A DNA stretch of 64,000 nucleotides from an uncultured Mycoplasmatota bacterium (GTDB lineage: Bacteria; Bacillota_I; Bacilli_A; RF39; UBA660), in the NCBI GenBank assembly GCA_900551455.1, contig URVV01000004.1, positions 18,165-82,164 on the forward strand. Reading direction: 5' to 3'. Position numbers and translations under genes: made by a program. The notes under the pieces were generated by a model, which did not search any database, was not told the origin of the DNA, and was given only the letters and a program-made list of their open reading frames with translations. This document shows positions 50,900 through 60,342 of this stretch, one piece after another; position 1 is the first letter of the stretch; each line of letters opens with the position of its first letter.

Positions 50900-50952
50900 T
50901 AAAAATAGTGAAAAAAGTTAAAATTAGTGTATAATTATTTTAGGTGATGAAG

Positions 50953-52260
50953 ATGTTTGAAAATTTAAGTGACAGATTACAAAGTATAGCCCACAAAATA
51001 AAAGGCTATGGAAAAATAACAGAAGATAACATATCAGAAATGATGAGAGAAATAAGATTATCCCTTCTAGAAGCAGATGTTAACTACAAAGTAGTAAAGG
51101 AATTTACAAATAACGTTAAAGAAAAAGCCCTTGGTGAAGAAGTAAATAAAAGTCTAAACCCCGGTGACTTATTTGTAAAAATAGTAAGGGATGAACTACA
51201 AGAATTATTAGGAGGAGATAATGCTCCCCTAGTTACAGACAAGAAACCTACTGTAGCTATGCTAGTAGGCCTTCAAGGATCTGGTAAAACTACTACCAAT
51301 GGGAAACTTGCTAATTTACTAAGAAAAAAATATCACAAGAATCCCCTACTAGTAGCTTGTGATGTATATAGACCAGCTGCCATTGATCAATTAAAACAAA
51401 TTGGTAAAGAACTAAACATTCCAGTATACAGTGAAGGATTGAAAGATCCTGTAGAAATAAGTAAAAATGTTTTAACATACGCCAAAGAAAACGGTTACGA
51501 CTATATTCTTATAGACACTGCCGGTAGACTTCATATTGATCAATTATTAATGACAGAATTAAAAAATATAGTAGGCGTAGTTAATCCAAACGAAATATTA
51601 CTTGTTCTAGATGCAATGATGGGACAAGATGCCATTAACGTTATAACTGGTTTTAATGATGCTCTCCAATTAACCGGTGTTATTTTAACCAAATTAGATG
51701 GCGACACCAGAGGAGGAGTTGCCCTATCAGTAAGACATTTAACCCATATTCCTATTAAATTTATTGGTATTAGTGAAAAAATGGATGGCCTAACCGAATT
51801 CCATCCCGATCGTATGGCAAATCGTATTATAGGAATGGGAGATGTCATTAGTTTAGTAGAAAAAGTACAAGATGAAATTGATGAAAAAGAAGCCGAAAAA
51901 ACCGCCAAAAAAATGATGAAAGGAAATTTTGATTTAGAAGATTTCCTATCCCAATTAAATCAAATAAAAAAACTAGGACCTCTCGAAAATTTAATTAAAC
52001 TATTACCCGGAGCAAAAAAGATGGGTCTTAATAATGCTAAAATAGATCCAAAACAAATGGCCCATATCGAAGCTATTGTCCTATCAATGACCCCTGAAGA
52101 AAGAAAACATCCAGAAATTATTAAAGCAAGTAGGAAACAAAGAATAGCCAAAGGGTGTGGATTAAATGTAAGCGATGTCAATAAACTACTAAATCAATTT
52201 GAAGAAATGAAAAAAATGATGAAAATGATAAACAATAAAAACTTTAAAATGCCATTCTAA
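50953..52260 (+). CDS. ffh: signal recognition particle protein Ffh
   Basis: MFENLSDRLQSIAHKIKG...LVGLQGSGKTTTNGKLA...DTAGRL...LTKLDGDTRGG and an M-domain. ATG at 50953 follows AGGTGA. Confidence 0.96.
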   Translation: MFENLSDRLQSIAHKIKGYGKITEDNISEMMREIRLSLLEADVNYKVVKEFTNNVKEKALGEEVNKSLNPGDLFVKIVRDELQELLGGDNAPLVTDKKPTVAMLVGLQGSGKTTTNGKLANLLRKKYHKNPLLVACDVYRPAAIDQLKQIGKELNIPVYSEGLKDPVEISKNVLTYAKENGYDYILIDTAGRLHIDQLLMTELKNIVGVVNPNEILLVLDAMMGQDAINVITGFNDALQLTGVILTKLDGDTRGGVALSVRHLTHIPIKFIGISEKMDGLTEFHPDRMANRIIGMGDVISLVEKVQDEIDEKEAEKTAKKMMKGNFDLEDFLSQLNQIKKLGPLENLIKLLPGAKKMGLNNAKIDPKQMAHIEAIVLSMTPEERKHPEIIKASRKQRIAKGCGLNVSDVNKLLNQFEEMKKMMKMINNKNFKMPF

Positions 52261-52334
52261 TAAATAACTTTAAATTAAAAAAATAAAAATATATGATAAA
52301 ATATAAATAAATAACCATTAAGGGAGGTTTTTAA

Positions 52335-53036
52335 ATGAACATAGCAATAATTTTTGCCGGAGGAACAGGTCAACGAATGGGAACAGAAATACCCAAACAA
52401 TTTTTAAAAATTGACAGAAAACCAATAATTATTCATACAATTGAAAAATTTGAAAAAAATGAAAATATTGATGCAATTATTATCTCCTGCCTAGAAACCT
52501 GGATTCCAAAATTAGAAAAACTAGTAAAACAATATAACATTAAAAAAGTAAAATCTATTATTCCAGGTGGAGAAACTGGTCAACTATCAATATTTAATGG
52601 TATCAATACTGCATATAAAATGTTCCCAAAAGAATCAATTGTTTTAATTCACGATGGAGTTAGACCATTTATTGATAACAATCTTATTAATGAAAATATA
52701 AAAACAACTAAAGAAAAAGGAAGTGCTATTTCCTGCGTCAAATCAACTGAAACATTTACAATAATAAATGAAAATATGGATATAATTAAAATTCCCGAAA
52801 GAAGTGAATCTTTAGTAGCTAAAGCCCCACAAACTTTTATTTTAGATGACATATACAATGCCCATCTTAAAGCAATGAAAGAAGAAAAATATAACTTTAT
52901 TGATTCTTGTACCTTAATGGACCATTACAATTATCACTTAACAGTTGTATTAACAGACTATGATAATATTAAAATAACAACTCCTAAAGATATATTCTTA
53001 GCAAAATCAATTTACAACAGGAGAAAAAATGATTAA
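52335..53036 (+). CDS. IspD/TarI-family cytidylyltransferase (ribitol-5-P or MEP cytidylyltransferase)
   Basis: IIFAGGTGQRMGTEIPKQFL...VLIHDGVRPF. Confidence 0.8.
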   Translation: MNIAIIFAGGTGQRMGTEIPKQFLKIDRKPIIIHTIEKFEKNENIDAIIISCLETWIPKLEKLVKQYNIKKVKSIIPGGETGQLSIFNGINTAYKMFPKESIVLIHDGVRPFIDNNLINENIKTTKEKGSAISCVKSTETFTIINENMDIIKIPERSESLVAKAPQTFILDDIYNAHLKAMKEEKYNFIDSCTLMDHYNYHLTVVLTDYDNIKITTPKDIFLAKSIYNRRKND

Positions 53037-54084
53037 TAATACCATAATTCTTGATGATATAAATGAAATAATAAATAATAGCACCTCATCTATTCCATTT
53101 CTAAAAAACAAAAGCATTCTAATTACTGGGGCTAATGGAATGCTCTCATCATATTTAGTAGCTACTTTTCTAAAACTAAATCAAAATCTTAACACAAACA
53201 TCAAAATATACGCTTTAGTTAGAAATAAAGAAAAATTTTATTCAAAAATGGGCATATTCCAAGAAGAAAATATCACTGTAATTGAACAAGACATATGTAA
53301 AAAAATAGATCTCGAAGAAAAAATAGATATTATATTTCACTTTGCTAGTTCTTCTAATCCTCAAACAATTCTAAATTCTCCAATAGATATTATTAAAGCA
53401 AATACATTAGGAACATATAATGTTTTAGAATTTTCTAAAAAAAATAAATCCTATGTAGTATTTTCATCAACAAGGGAAATATATGGAAAAACTAATGAAC
53501 TAGAAGCCATAAAAGAAACAGATTATGGCATCCTAGATCCTAGTGACCTAAGATCTTGTTATCCAGAAAGTAAAAGAATGGCTGAAAATATGATGATTTG
53601 TTATAACTATCAGTATAATATCCCCTATTGTATACTAAGGATAGCTCACTCCTACGGACCAGGAATGATAATAAACAATGATGGAAGAATAATGGCTGAT
53701 TTAATCGGAAATATTGTAAACAGACAAGATATAATATTAAAAAGTAAAGGTGAAGCTAAAAGATCATTTTGCTATGTAAGTGACGCAATTACTGGAGTTT
53801 TAATAGCAATGAGCAAAGAAAAAAATCAAATATATAATTTATCCAATGAAAAAGAGGAAATAACAATCAAAGAACTAGCCAATTTAATGTCCTCAATGTA
53901 TAAAGATAAACAAATATCAGTTATATATAATATTCCTAAAGAACAATCAAAAGGATATGTATCATTTAAAAGAACCCCATTAGATACCTCTAAAATTGAA
54001 AAATACGGCTGGACACCTAAAGTTAAATTACAAGAAGGTATTACTAAAACAGTTCAATTTTTTGAGAATATTAACCATTACTAA
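53029..54084 (+). CDS. NAD(P)-dependent SDR epimerase/dehydratase/reductase
   Basis: ILITGANGMLSSYL (GxxGxxG-like) and YPESKRMAE (YxxxK). Overlaps the cytidylyltransferase gene, so it may be a CDP-alditol pathway partner. Confidence 0.75.
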   Translation: MINNTIILDDINEIINNSTSSIPFLKNKSILITGANGMLSSYLVATFLKLNQNLNTNIKIYALVRNKEKFYSKMGIFQEENITVIEQDICKKIDLEEKIDIIFHFASSSNPQTILNSPIDIIKANTLGTYNVLEFSKKNKSYVVFSSTREIYGKTNELEAIKETDYGILDPSDLRSCYPESKRMAENMMICYNYQYNIPYCILRIAHSYGPGMIINNDGRIMADLIGNIVNRQDIILKSKGEAKRSFCYVSDAITGVLIAMSKEKNQIYNLSNEKEEITIKELANLMSSMYKDKQISVIYNIPKEQSKGYVSFKRTPLDTSKIEKYGWTPKVKLQEGITKTVQFFENINHY

Positions 54085-54112
54085 AAAACTGTCTCTTAAG
54101 AGACAGTTTTTT
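54085..54112 (+). terminator. rho-independent terminator
   Basis: ACTGTCTCT-taag-AGACAGT followed by TTTTTT. Confidence 0.7.
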
Positions 54113-54182
54113 ATATATCCTACTTATTAAAATTATTCTCTTCTTTTTCTATCTAAGAAAAGAATCAATATAAATATTCTCT

Positions 54183-55373
54183 TTAATTGACAGGTATTTG
54201 TTCTAGAACTTTCTTATATTCTTCTCTATTTAAGTAACTCTTATCTAACATATTATCCTTAATAAATTTTTGTTTATATAAAAGTATTCTTTTAACAGAA
54301 TCATTAATTCTATCTTCAGTAATTATTCCCCTATCAACGGCTTCCTTAATAGCTGTCATAACTGTATCAGGATTCTTAGGACTAAGTAAAATATCTACCC
54401 CTGCTTTAATTGCCATAACATATACCTCCTCTTCCTTATATCCCTTATTAACCCCTTGCATTCCTAATCCATCCGTAATAATAATTCCCTTATAATTTAA
54501 TTTATCTCTCAAAATACCTGTAACAATATCCCTAGATAATGTTGCTGGAGTATTATCCCCAGTAATTTTAGGCAAAGATATATGTCCTATCATTATCATA
54601 CTAACCCCATCATTAATTGCTTCTTTAAAAGGAACCAATTCATTACTAAGTAACTCCTCATAACTCTTATCAATAATAGGTAAATCTAAATGTGAATCAG
54701 TCTCCGTATCTCCGTGACCGGGAAAATGTTTTACACAAGACATAACTCCATTATCTTCCAATCCCCGTCTTAAATACATTCCCATTTTACTAACAATATC
54801 TTTATTACTACCAAAAGATCTATATCCAATAACCTCATTTTTAGGATTACTATAAATATCCAATACCGGTGTAAAATCTAAATTAACTCCCAAAGTCTTA
54901 ACTTGTTTAGCAATAATATCCCCTACCTGATAAGCTAAACTATTATTTCCTGTCTTTCCTAAATAATACATATAAGGAACATCTGCCACTTTCACATCCG
55001 AAAAATTTCTTAAACGTTGTACTCTTCCTCCCTCTTCATCAATTGCAATAAATAATGGAATACTATAAGACTGTTTAATTGCTCTAACAAACCTTAAAGT
55101 CTCATCATATGTAGTAATATTCTCTCCCATAATAATAAATCCTCCCGGATGAATCCTTTTAATAATTCCCTCCATTTCTTCATCATAACTCTTTTTAGAA
55201 CTACTAATAATAATCATTTGCCCAATTTTCTCTTCAAGAGTAAAATTATCTAAATTATATTCTAAAAGTTCTTCTTCCCACCATTCAAGTTTCTTTTCCT
55301 CATATTCCTCTCTTTTTCCACATCCCGAAAGCATTAAAATAATTATCCAAAAAAAACCTAAAAATCTCTTCAT
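54183..55373 (-). CDS. GH3 beta-N-acetylhexosaminidase (NagZ-like) lipoprotein
   Basis: Lipobox LMLSGCG. IDEEGGRVQRL and KHFPGHGDTETDSH. Confidence 0.85.
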   Translation of the reverse strand: MKRFLGFFWIIILMLSGCGKREEYEEKKLEWWEEELLEYNLDNFTLEEKIGQMIIISSSKKSYDEEMEGIIKRIHPGGFIIMGENITTYDETLRFVRAIKQSYSIPLFIAIDEEGGRVQRLRNFSDVKVADVPYMYYLGKTGNNSLAYQVGDIIAKQVKTLGVNLDFTPVLDIYSNPKNEVIGYRSFGSNKDIVSKMGMYLRRGLEDNGVMSCVKHFPGHGDTETDSHLDLPIIDKSYEELLSNELVPFKEAINDGVSMIMIGHISLPKITGDNTPATLSRDIVTGILRDKLNYKGIIITDGLGMQGVNKGYKEEEVYVMAIKAGVDILLSPKNPDTVMTAIKEAVDRGIITEDRINDSVKRILLYKQKFIKDNMLDKSYLNREEYKKVLEQIPVN

Positions 55374-55539
55374 CTTATCACCATACAATAATTATATCTC
55401 AAAATAAAAAATCAGATAAAATATTTTAACGACAATTTTCTTAATCAAACTTATCCAACATTAAAAATATCCATAATTGAAAAAAAATAACATCTATGAT
55501 ATAATCATAACATTAAATTTCAAGAAAGAAGTATGGTCT

Positions 55540-56274
55540 ATGAAAGAGTATAATTATCAAAATATTCCTGAAGATACCCACATTATGAACAATTGGACAC
55601 CACTAAAATTTACTATTAAAGATAACTATAAATATATTAATAAAAATCCCCTTCTAACAATAATAACCAATATTCTAGATCTCCCCATATACTTAATCTT
55701 ATATATCCACAATAAAATATTTTATGGATATAAAATTATTAATAAACAAAACATCATTAAAAATACTGGTTTTGTTTCTGTATCTAACCATATTCATCCT
55801 ATGGACTGTACAATGGTAGGATTAATTTACTACCCAACTCTTATTTATTATCCAACTCTATCATCAAACTTTAAAATTCCTTTCATAAGACATCTAATTA
55901 AATTCTTAAATGCTCTTCCCATTCCCACAAAAGAGTCACATAAAAAAGAATTTTATCGTCAAATAAATGAAGCCTTAACAAATAAAAAAATAGTTCATAT
56001 GTATCCTGAAGGTTCCCTTTGGCCATATTATGAAAAAATAAGACACTTTAAATATGGTGCCTTTAAAATGGCCGTAGATGCTAACGTCCCCATTCAACCA
56101 ATCCGCTTTGAGCTTTCCAACCCCACATCCATCTTTAAATTATATAAAAAAAAGAAATGCATCAAAGCCAATATCCTTCCTCCCATCTACCCCAATCAAA
56201 AACTAGACAGAGTTCAAAGAATAGAAGATCTCTTAGAAAGAACATATCAAAATATAAAAGGAGAAATAAAATGA
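55540..56274 (+). CDS. lysophospholipid (1-acyl-glycerol-3-phosphate type) acyltransferase
   Basis: SNHIHPMDC (HxxxxD) and MYPEGS motifs. Confidence 0.7.
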   Translation: MKEYNYQNIPEDTHIMNNWTPLKFTIKDNYKYINKNPLLTIITNILDLPIYLILYIHNKIFYGYKIINKQNIIKNTGFVSVSNHIHPMDCTMVGLIYYPTLIYYPTLSSNFKIPFIRHLIKFLNALPIPTKESHKKEFYRQINEALTNKKIVHMYPEGSLWPYYEKIRHFKYGAFKMAVDANVPIQPIRFELSNPTSIFKLYKKKKCIKANILPPIYPNQKLDRVQRIEDLLERTYQNIKGEIK

Positions 56275-57362
56275 AAATATTAATTTTATCATGTAGTACC
56301 GGTGGCGGTCATAATTCCTGTGCTAAATACATTCAAGAAGAATTAAAAGAAAATAATATTCTCTGTGAATTTAAAGATTTTTATAATATAGTTAATGCTA
56401 ATGCTAAAGAACTATCAGAAAAAATATATCTTTCTACACTTGGCGGCAATGGTCAAGTCTTCAAAAATATTTATAAACTTGGAGAATTATATAGCAAAAC
56501 AAAAATAAAAAGTCCTGTTTACCTAGTAAATAAATTTCATCAAAAGTCTCTCTATAATTATATAACTGAAAATAATTTTGATTTAATTATTGCTACTCAC
56601 TTATTCCCAGCCCTAACCCTAACTGCAATTAATAAGAATAAAAATTATCAAAAAATAAACTTTATAACCATTGCTACCGACTATGAACCTTGCCCTTTTC
56701 TTGAAGAAACAAAACCAGATCATTTAGTAGTAGCCAAAGACTTAAATAAAAGATTTCTTTCAAAAGGCATCAAAAAAACAATTTTAACACCCCTTGGTAT
56801 TCCTGTATCAACACGTTTCATAACCACTGCTAAAGATATTCGAAAAGAATTAAATATCAAAGATGAAAAAATAATTCTCATTATGCTAGGAAGTATGGGT
56901 TTTGGTAAAATCACTAATATTATTTCATCCATCTCTCAAGAAGAAAATGTAAAAATAATAATTGTCTGTGGTTCTAATAAAAAGTTATTATCTGAGTTAA
57001 CAAACCTATCTAATCCTAATCTTATACCTCTAGGTTTTGTTAACAATATAAATGATCTGATTTATACCTCTGATGTAGTTCTCTCAAAACCAGGAGGTCT
57101 CTCTTCAACAGAAATTGCCAGTATTGGAAAACCATTAATTCATATCTATCCAATCCCCGGAATTGAAACCTATAATACCAATTATTTTTCTACAAGAAAG
57201 ATGTCTCTATCGTGTCAAAAAGAAGAGGAAATAATTACTAGTTTAAGAAAAATTTTACAAGATGAAAAACTTCAAAAAAGAATGATCAAAAATCAACATA
57301 AGTACATTCCCAACACCTCTGCCAAAGATCTCGTAAATCTAATTAAAGAAAAATATAACTAA
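56271..57362 (+). CDS. GT28-type diacylglycerol glycosyltransferase (MGDG synthase/UgtP-like)
   Basis: MKILILSCSTGGGHNSCAKYIQEEL... and SKPGGLSSTE. ATG at 56271 overlaps the upstream stop. Confidence 0.75.
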   Translation: MKILILSCSTGGGHNSCAKYIQEELKENNILCEFKDFYNIVNANAKELSEKIYLSTLGGNGQVFKNIYKLGELYSKTKIKSPVYLVNKFHQKSLYNYITENNFDLIIATHLFPALTLTAINKNKNYQKINFITIATDYEPCPFLEETKPDHLVVAKDLNKRFLSKGIKKTILTPLGIPVSTRFITTAKDIRKELNIKDEKIILIMLGSMGFGKITNIISSISQEENVKIIIVCGSNKKLLSELTNLSNPNLIPLGFVNNINDLIYTSDVVLSKPGGLSSTEIASIGKPLIHIYPIPGIETYNTNYFSTRKMSLSCQKEEEIITSLRKILQDEKLQKRMIKNQHKYIPNTSAKDLVNLIKEKYN

Positions 57363-57410
57363 AAAATATATCTCATAAAAGGATATATTTTTTTTAATAA
57401 ATTATTCCTC

Positions 57411-57704
57411 TTAAAAATTTCTAAAATCATCCGGTATCAAAATATCTAAATACTTAATAGTATCCTCTTTTGTATATTTATTATCATCCTTTAACCATTC
57501 TACTCCCAAATTAATAACCCCCCCTAAATAAAATTTAGCAATAATATTACCAGGTATCTTCGTATTAATTTCATCAGACTTAACTCTCTTAATAACATCA
57601 TCATTAACTACACTAAGTAAAATATCCATCATAATACTATTTCTATTCTTAAGCATAATTAAACTATATATATCCTTTTTATCCTCTACATAGTCTAAAA
57701 ACAC
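57411..57704 (-). pseudogene. TetR-family regulator C-terminal domain fragment (no N-terminal HTH)
   Basis: 97 aa, ...IIAKFYLGGVINLGVEWLKDDNKYTKEDTIKYLDILIP, resembles the TetR_C (DhaS-like) ligand domain. The DNA-binding domain is missing, and the sequence upstream is unrelated and codes on the other strand. Confidence 0.45.
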
Positions 57705-58111
57705 CTTAAAAAAATCTTCAGCTCTACTATTCGTAGTAGGAGTACTTATAACGAGTTTTCCTACCCCTACCCTTGCCCTAACAAAAAACGAAACTGTTTA
57801 TGCCAAAATCGATGAATCTGGAAACATCAAAAACATCTTTGCTAATGAACATCTAATTAATACCCAATCAGATTCTCCTTTAGAAGACTATTCTGAATTA
57901 AAAAACATACTAAATATAAATGGTGATGAAAAATTCAAAATATCTGATAATAAAATAACCTGGAATACCGCTGGAAAAGATATATTTTATCAAGGAACAA
58001 CAGAAAAAGAATTACCTATAAAATTAAATATAACTTATAAACTAGATAATAAAAAAATATCATACGATATTTCTTCCAGAGTATTGATAAACTCAATACT
58101 CTTTTTTAATA

Positions 58112-58366
58112 CTAAATATTTTCATTACAAACTTCTTCAAATCTATATTTCTGCTTAACATCAGGATACTTATCTTTATCAACATAACTATTAAACATTT
58201 CATATGGCCTAGCCCATCTTAAATGTTCCCCATATAAGCCTTCATATATAACAACCCTCTTATACTCCTCATCCCTATTAGATTCACTATCATAAACAAT
58301 ATCTATAACCTTATAAGTATTTCCCTTAAAATGCCTATATATCTTCCCTACTTTAACCTCTCGCAT
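58112..58366 (-). CDS. DUF1653-family protein
   Basis: GKIYRHFKGNTYKVIDIVYDSE...VVIYEGLYGEHLRWARPYEMF. Confidence 0.75.
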   Translation of the reverse strand: MREVKVGKIYRHFKGNTYKVIDIVYDSESNRDEEYKRVVIYEGLYGEHLRWARPYEMFNSYVDKDKYPDVKQKYRFEEVCNENI

Positions 58367-58367
58367 T

Positions 58368-58925
58368 TTATAAATTCTCCCTATCAATAATTTTTCTAAA
58401 TTCATTCGTAGCATCATCGAGATTATCATTAACAATTACATAATCATAAAAACTAACTTGTTTAAGTTCCTCTTCTGCTATCTTTAACCTCTCTTCGATC
58501 TTATCAATAGATTCAGTCCCTCTATTAATAAGTCTTTTCCTAAGCTCATCAATTGAAGGAGGAGCAATATATATAAGTAATGCATCAGGAAAAATCTTTT
58601 TAATATTTTTTGCCCCATTTACATCAATTTCTGAAAATATATTAATTCCTTTATTAATTTTCTCCATTACAAAGTCTTTTGAAGTACCATAATAATTTCC
58701 ATTATAAATATTATATTCTAAAAACTTACCATCTTTTATTTGCCTTTCAAACTCTTCTTTAGAAATAAAATTATAATTTACTCCATCTATTTCTCCTACT
58801 CTCTTCTCTCTCGTAGTAAAAGAAACTGAATACTCTGCTCTCATTTCCTTCATCAAAATATTACATATAGTTCCCTTTCCAACTCCTGATGGTCCAGATA
58901 CCACAATAAATTTCCCTTGTTTCAA
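58368..58925 (-). CDS. gmk: guanylate kinase
   Basis: KFIVVSGPSGVGKGTI...FTTREKRVGEIDGVNYNFI. The likely start is TTG at 58925, preceded by AGAGGTG. The track ATG at 58997 adds an implausible hydrophobic leader. Confidence 0.88.
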   Translation of the reverse strand: MKQGKFIVVSGPSGVGKGTICNILMKEMRAEYSVSFTTREKRVGEIDGVNYNFISKEEFERQIKDGKFLEYNIYNGNYYGTSKDFVMEKINKGINIFSEIDVNGAKNIKKIFPDALLIYIAPPSIDELRKRLINRGTESIDKIEERLKIAEEELKQVSFYDYVIVNDNLDDATNEFRKIIDRENL

Positions 58926-59033
58926 AAATAACACCTCTAATATAAGTATAAAGATAACTCTTAATAAAATCAATTCTTTTCCAAAAAGTTTACACAAGTA
59001 AATATCTCCAACTTATGTATATTTGTAAATGAT

Positions 59034-60256
59034 GTGAAACAAAAATTTTGATAAAAATGATCCAATTAGTATTGGGTTGTTTTTTCTTTGCTATCACACA
59101 AATAATACAGAAATGAATTTAGTCAATGATTAACTTTAGTTAAATTTATTTTGCATTGACTAAAGAAATGAATGTATTATAATTGTTAAGCAAAGAAATA
59201 ATTAATTCTTGTCTTTTTTCTAATGGTGTTTTATATCCTAGAACTGCCATTGGTATTTTATTAGTTCTTTCTAAATGTTTTTTGCCTTTTATTCTTAAAT
59301 CTTCAAGCGAATCAAATTTTAAATTATTATAAAACCTTTCGTTATCATTTCTATGACTTCTTTCAACTTTTCCATTATGTCTTGGTGTTCTTGGTTTAAT
59401 TTTGTGATGATCAATATCTAATTTTAAACACAATTCACCAAGTGGATGCAGCTTCTTCATTTTACTTTGATTCCAAGTGAATTCTGTTCCATTATCTGTT
59501 TGAATTTCTATTGTTTTATATCCGTAATAGGAAATACATCTTTTTACAAAATCTACGGTATTAACTGACGTGTGTTCATCATACCAAAAAAGAAATCTTT
59601 CTCTAGAAGCTTCATCAATGCATGTATATTGGTAAAACTTTTTATCTTTAGGTATTTTGTTGCTATGGCAACAAGTTGGAACAAATTTTACATCAATTTG
59701 CCATTTAATTCCTAATTGCTTTGGTGTATCATATTTTTTAGGCACATATTTAGATGTATTTTTAATATTTATTTCTTTATAAAAATCTAATCTTTTTAAT
59801 ACTCTATATAAGCTTCCAATATGCCTTGAATATCCTCGGTTAATTCTTAATTTATACCATAATTCACATAATGTAATATCAGGATTTCTTCTTATTAGAT
59901 TTTTAATCCAAGTTATTTCTTCATCAGTATGAGCATTAGGATGTTTTGATAATGGTCTATGCGACTTATCTTTTAAAGATTCTTTAGTTCCATCATATTG
60001 TTTATTCCAACGATAAAGGTCTAGATATATGGTATTTTCTACATACATAACTAATTGAATTTCCGTTTCTATAAGTTTTAACTGCATTTTCTCTAATATG
60101 CAATTCATGAGACAAATATCTTTTGCTTTTTTCGTTATTTTCATTTATAATATTCATTGTGATTCAAGTCCTTTCGTATAAATTTTTTGTTCAACTCAAT
60201 ATTATACGACTTGAATCTCTTTTTTTCTATAGAAATGTTTCACATCAATTGTAACA
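59034..60256. mobile_element. IS481-like insertion sequence (about 1.2 kb)
   Basis: Terminal inverted repeats TGTAAATGATGTGAAAC (59034-59050) and GTTTCACATCAATTGTAACA (60237-60256), with an 11-nt perfect core TGATGTGAAAC. A single DDE transposase lies inside. No clear target duplication seen. Confidence 0.65.
59146..60144 (-). CDS. DDE (rve) transposase, IS481-like
   Basis: WQIDVKF...IQTDNGTEF...PRHNGKVERSHRN (D, D, E triad context) with an N-terminal HTH region. Confidence 0.8.
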   Translation of the reverse strand: MKITKKAKDICLMNCILEKMQLKLIETEIQLVMYVENTIYLDLYRWNKQYDGTKESLKDKSHRPLSKHPNAHTDEEITWIKNLIRRNPDITLCELWYKLRINRGYSRHIGSLYRVLKRLDFYKEINIKNTSKYVPKKYDTPKQLGIKWQIDVKFVPTCCHSNKIPKDKKFYQYTCIDEASRERFLFWYDEHTSVNTVDFVKRCISYYGYKTIEIQTDNGTEFTWNQSKMKKLHPLGELCLKLDIDHHKIKPRTPRHNGKVERSHRNDNERFYNNLKFDSLEDLRIKGKKHLERTNKIPMAVLGYKTPLEKRQELIISLLNNYNTFISLVNAK

Positions 60257-60290
60257 CAACAATATCACATACTTTATCTCTTTAAAATTA

Positions 60291-60319
60291 TTTACATAAA
60301 ATATATAAAATGATATAAT
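60291..60319 (+). promoter_or_regulatory. candidate sigma-A promoter of cysS
   Basis: TTTACA - 17 nt - TATAAT, 24 nt upstream of the cysS ATG and 35 nt from the IS right end. Confidence 0.4.
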
Positions 60320-60342
60320 TATAAAGAAAAAGGAGAGATATT

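Noticed and set aside
55825-55860. 18-nt tandem duplication encoding LIYYPT-LIYYPT in the acyltransferase gene
   Set aside because: It is in-frame, already diverged at 4 positions, and lies in a membrane-proximal segment. It looks like an old slippage event with no evident functional signal.
56157-56270. N-terminal extensions in the track for several genes (e.g. 56157, 58997, 29308, 34055, 20490, 38886, 44676, 55477)
   Set aside because: The extensions overlap upstream genes or lack an SD. Internal ATG/TTG codons with good SDs give N-termini matching the conserved family starts.
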